Assembly: GCF_001597745.1 (NCBI RefSeq)
Contig: NZ_LUHJ01000050.1
Location: 136,697-160,696 of the forward strand
Reading direction: 5' to 3'
Length of the DNA stretch: 24,000 nt
Origin: Anabaena sp. 4-3
GTDB lineage: Bacteria > Cyanobacteriota > Cyanobacteriia > Cyanobacteriales > Nostocaceae
Positions 16,653 through 24,000 of the stretch are shown piece by piece; within the stretch, counting starts at the first letter, position 1; every line of letters starts with the position of its first letter. The translations under genes were made by a program, and so were the position numbers. Under the pieces are notes generated by a model. The model did not search any database. It worked only from the letters and a program-made list of their open reading frames with translations, and was not told the DNA's origin.

Positions 16653-17204
16653 TTATTCCCTGCCAATATTGTCAGGTATATTTGGTACTTGAACACTTCC
16701 CCAATCTTCTGGATAAATTCCTTGTTTAACAAAACGGTGAAAACTTGAATATTTCCATTCTTTGGGAGATTGGCATAAACCATGCTTGACAGGATTATAA
16801 TGAACATAATCACAATGGTTAGCAAAGTCTTTTTCATCTCTAATTAAATGTTCCCAATATCGCCTTTGCCATAAATTACTTTCTTGGCGTTTTTGGCGCG
16901 ATTGACTAATTTCTGCTATTATGCCTAATTTTTCTGCACAACTATAGGTAACAAAGCTTTTAATTAATCGCCAACGGATGGCATAATTACTATCATTTTC
17001 CGGTAAAGTCCAGATACAATGAATATGCTCTGGTAAAAGAGCGATCGCCTCAAGAGAAAAAGGATAAAGTTGCTGAACTCTCCTAATAGATTTGCGAAGG
17101 TTTTCTCGCCCTATCTCACTACATAACCAAGGTATTCTTTGATAAGTCACCTGGGTAAAAAAGAAAGTACCTCCAGACGCTAAAACTCGGCGATAATTAG
17201 ACAT
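16653..17204 (-). CDS. REP-associated tyrosine transposase (RAYT; IS200/IS605 TnpA-like Y1 HUH enzyme)
   Basis: 183 aa. It has GGTFFFTQVTYQR, the HUH motif in LPEHIHCIWTLP, and RRYWEHLIRDEKDFANHCDYVHYNPVKHGL with the conserved Tyr region. The gene is flanked by inverted copies of the 65-bp hairpin. Confidence 0.85.
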   Translation of the reverse strand: MSNYRRVLASGGTFFFTQVTYQRIPWLCSEIGRENLRKSIRRVQQLYPFSLEAIALLPEHIHCIWTLPENDSNYAIRWRLIKSFVTYSCAEKLGIIAEISQSRQKRQESNLWQRRYWEHLIRDEKDFANHCDYVHYNPVKHGLCQSPKEWKYSSFHRFVKQGIYPEDWGSVQVPNIPDNIGRE

Positions 17205-17278
17205 ACTTCAGTATGATTTCATATTTAGCGCAAAAATTTTGACTGTACTGATACACACTAATACTACACTAAAGTAAT

Positions 17279-17343
17279 GTAGGGTGCGTCAGCGTTAATT
17301 CATTTTCATGATGAAATAGTGTACCCAAGCTGACACACCCTAC
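17279..17343. repeat. REP/REPIN-like 65-bp hairpin (orientation B, inverted relative to 16578..16642)
   Basis: GTAGGGTGCGTCAGC...GCTGACACACCCTAC. The interior is the reverse complement of the 16578 copy, with one arm mismatch. Confidence 0.8.
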
Positions 17344-17522
17344 AGAATAATTTCATGGTAAAAGAGCGTTAGTGTAGGTATCGCCTCCACAGAACAAGGA
17401 TAAAGTCCCATAAGTAAAAAGCAAGTATATCCACAGGCGATCGCAACAAAATAATAGGATTTGATAATATTAATGGAGTGGGCGATCGCTTATCGCCAAA
17501 ACCGCAGATTTGCAAAAACACT

Positions 17523-18101
17523 ATGGCAAAGCGTAAGAAAAACAATCTCCAGTGGATTAAAGAAACGCTTGAACTCAAGCCTGACCATCGTTGGGAAGCA
17601 CCATCAGGCTATAAAATCTTTGTAGCAGATCGGGGGGCTGTGCGCTTCAATGTTCCCCAGAATTGGTTTTTTGAGCCACAAGAAAAATCATTCAAGTTCA
17701 GTGATAGAAAACCACCTGATGATGATTGCTGTCTAGAAGTATCTTTCAATCGTCTACCGCCTCGTGACTGGAGTCTATTTCCCCTAAAATCTACCTTAAA
17801 GAAAGTGGTAGAAGATGATGGTCGCAACGTCATAGAGAAAGGGGAAATCATTACTGAAAAACGCCAAACCGCCCGAATTGTCTGGACAGAAATTAAGTTT
17901 ATCGACACTCAGGAAGAAGCACGGGAAGCATTTTCCCGGATTTGCATAGGTTTGGGTTCAAATGTGCAATGCTTGATTACATTCGATTATTGGGCTGATC
18001 AAGCCGAACAACTCACACCCGTTTGGGATGAAGTGATGCGTAGTCTCACACTAGGGTTATATATCCGCGATCCAAGTACGGGTTTGGCTTATCCAGATTA
18101 A
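17523..18101 (+). CDS. hypothetical protein (192 aa from the ATG at 17523)
   Basis: Long ORF with no competing frame. The listed start at 17478 is a GTG, and the first ATG gives MAKRKKNNLQWIKE.... No family was recognised. Confidence 0.5.
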   Translation: MAKRKKNNLQWIKETLELKPDHRWEAPSGYKIFVADRGAVRFNVPQNWFFEPQEKSFKFSDRKPPDDDCCLEVSFNRLPPRDWSLFPLKSTLKKVVEDDGRNVIEKGEIITEKRQTARIVWTEIKFIDTQEEAREAFSRICIGLGSNVQCLITFDYWADQAEQLTPVWDEVMRSLTLGLYIRDPSTGLAYPD

Positions 18102-18305
18102 GGCATAATATAAAATTAAAAGTAAGTCTTTAGTTCAGTTGTAATTAGGTATTGGAGAGATTGAGGTTAATAAATTTCCTTGCACAAGGTAAAATATAAG
18201 GCTTAATTCCATTCGGTATCAACATTGTCTAGCAGTGCAGTATGGGGAAGTTATAGCTGTAAAAGTTTCATGAAAATCACTATCTAGCAATTTGGAGCTA
18301 TTGAA

Positions 18306-19418
18306 ATGGTAGAAGAATCTAATAAACCAAGTTATCCAAGAAAAGTTATTATTAACATTCCATCTGAACATACCGAACTACAACCTACAAACCCAGAATT
18401 CAGCAATTATCGGAGTTTTGCCAAATACTGTTATTTATATGATCCATTAGTTGATACTAAAACAGTAACAGCATTCGATGAAGCTACTTTTGAATATCAG
18501 GAAAGATGGCATCGTAGAGGGTTCATTTACCTGAACGAATATGTCACACGTTACCCACTGCAATACTATTATAGTTGTCTTGCATATCATAGAGAACAGC
18601 TACTTCCAGGTAAAGCTTTAAAATTAGTAGAAAATTTTCAGAAAAAAACTGCATCCTATGAAGAAGATAACCGAAATAGGTGCAGACTTCTGAATGAACT
18701 GGATAGAAATATTAATCAGACATTTATCCTGAAACAGTACATTTACTACAGATGTAACAATGGTCAAGATGGCTGGAGTATCTTTTTACGATCACCAAAT
18801 GTGAAGGTTGAGTCAGACAGACCCTTTATTATTGGTAAAGGGAAAACTTTGCAAGAGGCTGATACCGATTTTAATCAAATGAAGGCTCGAAACTTTACGA
18901 AGATTACTAATATTGACAATATTCTAAAATTTTTAGGAGAAAATAATGTTCCCGTGAATGCGAAAGAAATGATTGATGTGTGTGTTACATTTGATTCAAA
19001 AATATACAAATCAAATGTAATACATCAAAATCATGGTCGTAAAATAACAGCTACACTAGCTGCGCGATATACTTTCCAATGTAGTTCAGAAGAAACTACC
19101 TTTTGCCTGGATGTAAATTTATATTCACAAAACATCAATTGGAAAGTTACTAAATACTTAAATCTTGATGATCAAAGTTCTCTTATTAGCAAGTTATCAA
19201 TAGAAGCTTCTGCAACCACTATTAAAGAAGCTTATTACACTTGTATCAAAAAATCAAAAGAACTTCAAGAAGATAATGATGCTTTAAACAAAGCTATTCA
19301 TGAAGCCGAACAGCTAGAGTTGAAATTGATAGAAGAAGATATGATTCGTGATGGTGAAGATACCTTTAATTGGCTGGTTTCAGAATTTGGTGATGACATA
19401 ATTCCAGATAGAGGTTAG
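18306..19418 (+). CDS. hypothetical protein (370 aa), AT-rich gene with a C-terminal coiled-coil-like tail
   Basis: Uninterrupted 1.1-kb ORF, rich in Asn/Lys/Tyr. The C-terminal end (KELQEDNDALNKAIHEAEQLELKLIEEDMIRDGED) looks helical. No catalytic motif was recognised. Confidence 0.55.
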   Translation: MVEESNKPSYPRKVIINIPSEHTELQPTNPEFSNYRSFAKYCYLYDPLVDTKTVTAFDEATFEYQERWHRRGFIYLNEYVTRYPLQYYYSCLAYHREQLLPGKALKLVENFQKKTASYEEDNRNRCRLLNELDRNINQTFILKQYIYYRCNNGQDGWSIFLRSPNVKVESDRPFIIGKGKTLQEADTDFNQMKARNFTKITNIDNILKFLGENNVPVNAKEMIDVCVTFDSKIYKSNVIHQNHGRKITATLAARYTFQCSSEETTFCLDVNLYSQNINWKVTKYLNLDDQSSLISKLSIEASATTIKEAYYTCIKKSKELQEDNDALNKAIHEAEQLELKLIEEDMIRDGEDTFNWLVSEFGDDIIPDRG

Positions 19419-19439
19419 CGTATAGTAAGCAAGTAGCAA

Positions 19440-19504
19440 GTAGGGTGCGTCAGCTTGAGTAGACTATTTCATCATGAAAATTAATTAATGCTGACGCACC
19501 CTAC
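19440..19504. repeat. REP/REPIN-like 65-bp hairpin (orientation A)
   Basis: GTAGGGTGCGTCAGCTTGAGTAGACTATTTCATCATGAAAATTAATTAATGCTGACGCACCCTAC with perfect 15-bp arms, 22 nt after the stop of the 370-aa ORF. Confidence 0.8.
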
Positions 19505-19823
19505 AGAACTTTGGCAACTTAGTATAAGTTTATCTACGGTCGCTGAACTCTATCGTCAAGTCTGTTTAGGTTGAACATACCACAGGTCGATTACTTCTGC
19601 TTATGGCGATCGCATCCCCTACTGTTAAATGAAGCGATATCTGCGACAATGCTGCACCAACGCCTCATGTTAATCTAAAAAAATATCAATTAAAATAGTT
19701 TTTTAATTTACAATTTTCCGCTAACCAAAATTTAAGCAAAACCCAAAAACCAGACCCCATAAGAGTTATATTATCTAAAACCGCAAAAATAAATTGTTCC
19801 CAGATAACCCTAAAACCTACATT

Positions 19824-19840
19824 TAAGCTAAAAATAGACT
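19824..19840 (+). promoter_or_regulatory. 6-5-6 direct-repeat motif, recombinase-distal copy in the nifD element
   Basis: TAAGCT-AAAAA-TAGACT matches 14/17 positions of the xisA-proximal TAGGCT-AAATA-TAGGCT. A 62-nt gap separates it from the right core at 19903. Confidence 0.4.
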
Positions 19841-19902
19841 CATTTTTCTCCCCCTACCAAAAAACCTTACCTTACCTGACATTTGCACCCTGTCACCAAG
19901 TT

Positions 19903-19911
19903 CGGAGTAAT
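19903..19911. repeat. nifD-element core direct repeat, right copy (CGGAGTAAT)
   Basis: It lies at the point where the NifD N-terminal frame (…HSWDYS) leaves the NifD sequence. Confidence 0.9.
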
Positions 19912-21265
19912 CCCAAGAGTGCATTTGACGGAAGGGAAGACCCATCTTTTGGAAGACGTACTTCTCTTTAATACCAGAAGCGATTAAATCAGGCTTCTTA
20001 GCTTTAACGAATTCCTCGAATTCGTAAGCGGTAACGTCATCATAAATGATGGTGGCGTTATCGATGTAGTGGGTGGTACGTTTGTAGTCGTCGTTGTGAG
20101 CAAACTCGTAACCAGTACCAAGAACTTTGATACCCAAGTCTTCAAAAGCGGGAACAACGTGACGAGGACGTAGACCACCTACGTACAACATTACGGTGTT
20201 GCCTTCGAGACGAGGACGGTACTTCTCAACCACGGCGTTCATGATTGGAGTGTACTTAGCAATTACCTTCTCGGCGTTTTCTTGAATCTTAGAGTCAAAT
20301 TTAGCAGCGACTTGACGTAAAGATTCAGCAATCTTGGTGGGGCCGAAGAAGTTGAACTCCATCCAAGGCATACCATAAGCTTCTTCCAAGCTACGGCAGA
20401 TGTAGTTCATAGAACGGTAGCAGTGGATCAGAACCAACTTAGCAGCAGGCCCTTGGATCAACTCGTTGAGAGTACCGTCACCAGACCACTGAGCAACAAC
20501 ACGTAAGCCGATTTCTTCCAACAGCATCCGGCTAGCCCAAGCGTCACCACCGATATTGTAGTCACCAATTAATGCTACATCATAGGGGCTTGGCTCGAAG
20601 TCAATTTTGTTTTCCTTCTTAGCCTTGTCAAAGTGAGGGAAGATCCAGTCACGGATAGCGTCGTTAGCAATGTGGTGACCTAAAGATTGGGATACACCAC
20701 GGAAACCTTCGCAACGCAGGGGGATAACTGGCTTACCAATTTGTTTAGAAGCTTTCTTAGCAACAGCTTCGATGTCATCCCCGATTAGACCGATGGGACA
20801 TTCAGATTGAATGGAAATACCACGGTTGAGAGGGAAAAGAACGTCGATTTCTTCGATCAGTTTAGTTAGTTTTTTGTCACCACCAAAAACGATGTCGCGT
20901 TCTTGGAAGTCGGAAGTGAAGTGCATGGTACCGAAAGAGTCGATACCAGTTGAACCTACATAGTAGTTACGACGACCAGACCAAGACCAGTAACCGCAAC
21001 CTACAGGCCCGTGGCTGATGTGGATCATGTCCTTAATAGGACCCCAAACCACACCCTTAGAACCTGCGTAAGCACAACCACGAGCGGTCATTACACCAGG
21101 AACGGATTTGATGTTAGACTTAACGCCGCAGTCAGACTTACCTTCTTCGTGTACATTCAGGTGTTTTTCGCGTTTTTTGCGAGATTTTTCGGGATAAGCT
21201 TTCAGAACGTCTTGGATGAGTTCCTTATGTTCTTCTACAAGATTCTTGTTTTCTGGAGGTGTCAT
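19903..21265 (-). CDS. nifD: nitrogenase MoFe protein alpha chain NifD, N-terminal 454-codon segment (gene interrupted)
   Basis: [27 protein letters not shown]...[46 protein letters not shown]... is NifD. After ...[10 protein letters not shown] the ORF reads 26 element-encoded codons and stops at 19823. Confidence 0.95.
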
Positions 21266-21398
21266 AGTCTGCCTCAGTGACTTTTACGAATGGAAAATAA
21301 AAGGATATAGGGAGAGGGGAGAGGGATGGGAAGGGAGAGTGGGAAGGGGAATTACTTCCTCAACTTCCTTTCTCCATGTCTCCTAATTACGGTATGAC

Positions 21399-21881
<483 letters not shown>

Positions 21882-21950
21882 TTAACCTATAAATGTTCAA
21901 TTTAAACAATGTTTGCTGTCATCATTGTCAATGATGAACAGTATTTTTAT

Positions 21951-21967
21951 TAGGGTAAATCTAGGGT
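21951..21967 (+). promoter_or_regulatory. 6-5-6 direct-repeat motif abutting the recombinase ATG (nifH element)
   Basis: TAGGGT-AAATC-TAGGGT immediately followed by the ATG at 21968, ~92 nt inside the nifH junction. Confidence 0.45.
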
Positions 21968-23395
21968 ATGAACAGAACACAGGAAGCATTTGCCGATTTT
22001 CAAGCAACAGCCATCACCGATGGAGGATATTTAGGCAGAATGCAAGCAGTAATAGAGCAACAAAATCACTTGGCGGCAAAATTAGAGGCGGAATTAAAGG
22101 CGGTAAATGCTAGACTGAAGGCGGCGAGGGTAAGTGTTTCTGTAAGGAAATCTGGTAATTCGCTGCAACTGAGAAGTACCCTACCCATTAAACCAGGAGA
22201 TATTGATAAAAAAGGTATAGGAACGAAACAATATGATGTTTCTTTGGGTATACCGTTTAATTTTGATGGTTTAACTACGGCGGAAGAAGAAGCTTATGAG
22301 TTAGGTAGATTGATTGCAAGAAAACAGTTTCAATGGACTGATAAATATCTAGGCAAAACTCGCCATAAAGTTAAAGCAAAAACTATTGGTGATTTGATTG
22401 CAGATTTCGAGCGCAATTATTTCCAAACTAGAAAACTTACTCTGAAGAGTGAGAACACTTTTAATAGTTATCTGTATATTGCTCAAACACACTTACCGCA
22501 GGATAAACCAGCAACAAATGTTAATTTTATTGAAGCTGTGCAAGGTTGTACTTCCTCAGATAGTGTAAAAAATGAGTTAATTAAAGTGATTCGGGTATTG
22601 TGTAAATGTTCTGGGTTAGAAGTCCCAGAGCTTAGTAATTTAAAAATCAAACCTAGTGCTACACGTAAGCGTGATATACCGACTGATGCAGAGATAGAGC
22701 AGGAATATCTCAAGTTTGAGACTTACGCCCTCAACCGTCCTAGTAAATTGCTCACCAGGGAAGATAGGAATAATTGGAAACTTTGGCGTTGGGTATATGG
22801 GATGTTAGCTACCTATGGATTACGACCAAGAGAAATTTTTGTCAATCCTGATTTAGATTGGTGGTTATCATCAGATAATACTATGAATACTTGGCGTGTG
22901 AACGAAGAATGTAAAACAGGTGAAAGGGAAGCTTTACCATTATATCCGCGCTGGGTGGAGATTTTTAATTTAAAAACTGATACGGAAGCGATTGAGTTAT
23001 TAAAGGCGAAGATAAAAAATAAGATTTCCAGTAAACAAATTAATTCGGCTCGACATGGTACAGACCGATGGTTTAGATTTGTCGGGATTCCTTTTCAACC
23101 TTATGATTTACGTCATGCTTGGGCTATTAGAGCGCATTTAATGGGGATTCCTATTAAAGCTGCTGCTGATAATTTGGGTCATTCGGTGAATATGCACACA
23201 TCCATTTATCAAAAATGGTTTAGTTTGGAAAATCGCAAGGTTGCTATTGAACAAGCTATTAAGAAAAAGTCTAAGGTGCAAGAGTTGCAAGAAATGGTAA
23301 TTGCGCTACAGCAGGAAAATGAGCAATTGAGAAGAGAAAATGAGAGGTTGCGGTTACAGATAGAAAATCAAGGAGTGATACCCATGATGAATTAA
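21968..23395 (+). CDS. XisA-family site-specific tyrosine recombinase (nifH element)
   Basis: 475 aa with the same conserved blocks as the other two: LQLRSTLPIKPGD, TTAEEEAYELGRLIARKQFQWTDKYLG, WRWVYGMLATYGLRPREIFVNPDLDWWLSSDN, YDLRHAWAIRAHLMGIPIKAAADNLGHSV..H..IYQKWF. A C-terminal coiled coil is present. Confidence 0.9.
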   Translation: MNRTQEAFADFQATAITDGGYLGRMQAVIEQQNHLAAKLEAELKAVNARLKAARVSVSVRKSGNSLQLRSTLPIKPGDIDKKGIGTKQYDVSLGIPFNFDGLTTAEEEAYELGRLIARKQFQWTDKYLGKTRHKVKAKTIGDLIADFERNYFQTRKLTLKSENTFNSYLYIAQTHLPQDKPATNVNFIEAVQGCTSSDSVKNELIKVIRVLCKCSGLEVPELSNLKIKPSATRKRDIPTDAEIEQEYLKFETYALNRPSKLLTREDRNNWKLWRWVYGMLATYGLRPREIFVNPDLDWWLSSDNTMNTWRVNEECKTGEREALPLYPRWVEIFNLKTDTEAIELLKAKIKNKISSKQINSARHGTDRWFRFVGIPFQPYDLRHAWAIRAHLMGIPIKAAADNLGHSVNMHTSIYQKWFSLENRKVAIEQAIKKKSKVQELQEMVIALQQENEQLRRENERLRLQIENQGVIPMMN

Positions 23396-23609
23396 GCAAA
23401 GGTTCTGGCGGTGCTGATTAAGAATATGAATTTATCTCACGCAGAGACGAGCCAGTGCGTTGGGCGGCTTCGCCGACTTGTAGCAACTGGCGTGCAGAGG
23501 CGCAGAGAGAGAGTAAGATTTTGTAGAAGCAAAAATTAAAATTTTATGCTTCAATTCAGCAACGCCAAATTTTTCATACTGAAGAATTAAGCGAGGTGTT
23601 GGGAAGTGA

Positions 23610-23822
23610 CTAAGCCAACACTAAAATACTTTCTTGTTGAGTATCGGCAAACTGGTTAATGATGTTAAAGTTATCTCGCAAAATTTGCACAATTTTAGAT
23701 GTTGGGCTGTTACCAATACGAAGAAATATAAATTTTGGAGGATGACCATAAAGTAAACTGCGTTGATGAAAATCAGAGTCTTTAGAAACAATCACAAAAT
23801 CATTCAATTTCGCGTATTCCAA
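23610..23822 (-). pseudogene. C-terminal fragment of a PIN-like DUF5615-type (toxin-like) gene
   Basis: ...VIVSKDSDFHQRSLLYGHPPKFIFLRIGNSPTSKI... resembles the C-terminal half of DUF5615 proteins. The ORF only 'starts' at a TTG, and the N-terminal half with the acidic catalytic residues is missing. Confidence 0.4.
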
Positions 23823-24000
23823 TCGACACGAAGCGGTTGTTTTTTTGGTCTTTTAATCCCATACTCTTGTATAAGTGTCCATTTGAACTGCTGACAGCAA
23901 GACTCAAGCAATTTTTGAAAAGCAGCTTTAACGGCAGTCTCATGCACAACACCCAATTTGTTAAAATTTTCTAACTCTTCGTAATACTGCTTAATAGGTT
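23804..24000 (-). pseudogene. truncated ORF resembling the N-terminus of large restriction-modification-type DNA methyltransferases (5' end outside the window)
   Basis: The open frame entering from the window edge reads PIKQYYEELENFNKLGVVHETAVKAAFQKLLESCCQQFKWTLIQEYGIKR...LRVD, then stops at 23804 in another frame of the DUF5615 fragment. The family call is from memory of similar N-termini and is weak. Confidence 0.25.

Larger units (their letters stand above)
14419..19911. mobile_element. nifD interruption element (5,484-bp unit) with xisA
   Basis: Direct repeats CGGAGTAAT lie 5,484 bp apart. Deletion restores ...[18 protein letters not shown]..., a 497-aa NifD. The insertion site and the recombinase are the same as in the classical PCC 7120 nifD element, but the cargo is different and shorter. 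Confidence 0.92.

Noticed and set aside
16653-17204. The RAYT as the missing TnpA partner that mobilises the isrB unit.
   Set aside because: It lies 7 kb away inside a different element. Its flanking hairpins (GTAGGGTGCGTCAGC arms) are unrelated to the hairpins flanking isrB (CCGTCCTTT/AAAGGACGG and GTCATCAG/CTGATGAC). A functional link is unsupported.
1879-19613. GCGATCGC palindromes (for example 1879..1886, about 3068, about 5798, about 6578, about 7425, about 17041, about 17440, about 17482, about 19606) as possible regulatory or restriction-related sites.
   Set aside because: This is HIP1, the highly iterated palindrome of cyanobacterial genomes. It is useful only as a taxonomic hint and is not a locus-specific feature.
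19823-19902. The 26-codon tail ([26 protein letters not shown]) on the NifD ORF and the 6-codon tail on the NifK N-terminal ORF, considered as possible alternative C-termini.
   Set aside because: They are simply read-through into element DNA until the first stop. The true C-termini are found in frame after the direct repeats.

Overview
This window is a Mo-nitrogenase gene cluster from a heterocyst-forming cyanobacterium of the Nostoc/Anabaena type, judging by HIP1 GCGATCGC sites, STRR-like heptamer repeats and hesA/hesB/fdxH. All nif genes are on the minus strand. In transcription order (right to left) they are: nifH (C-terminal part only), nifD, nifK, a Mo-nitro_C family orf, an isrB insertion, nifE, nifN, nifX, a DUF269 orf, a Rop-like orf, nifW, hesA, hesB and fdxH. 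A convergent membrane alpha/beta-hydrolase gene sits at the left edge. The nifHDK operon is broken three times by separate elements, each carrying its own XisA-family tyrosine recombinase. (1) A 2,031-bp element in nifK is bounded by 7-bp direct repeats TCACCAA. (2) A 5,484-bp element in nifD is bounded by 9-bp repeats CGGAGTAAT, the classical XisA site. Besides xisA it carries a REP-associated tyrosine transposase with flanking REP hairpins, two unknown genes and a small acidic ORF. (3) An element in nifH starts near 21858 and runs off the right edge. The findings I rate most worth follow-up are these. First, a 17-bp 6-5-6 direct-repeat motif sits directly 5' of each recombinase start codon. 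It recurs 62-63 bp inside the recombinase-distal core in both complete elements, which suggests accessory recombinase or regulator sites. Second, a TCAC[C/G]AA heptamer lies at or next to all three interruption junctions. Third, an HNH-less IscB-family gene (IsrB-like, 364 aa) with a highly structured upstream region (candidate omega-RNA) is inserted, co-oriented, between nifK and nifE. Fourth, a two-gene cassette of unknown function inside the nifD element is bracketed by REP hairpins. I had no database access, so every family assignment rests on motifs read from the translations and on remembered family knowledge.
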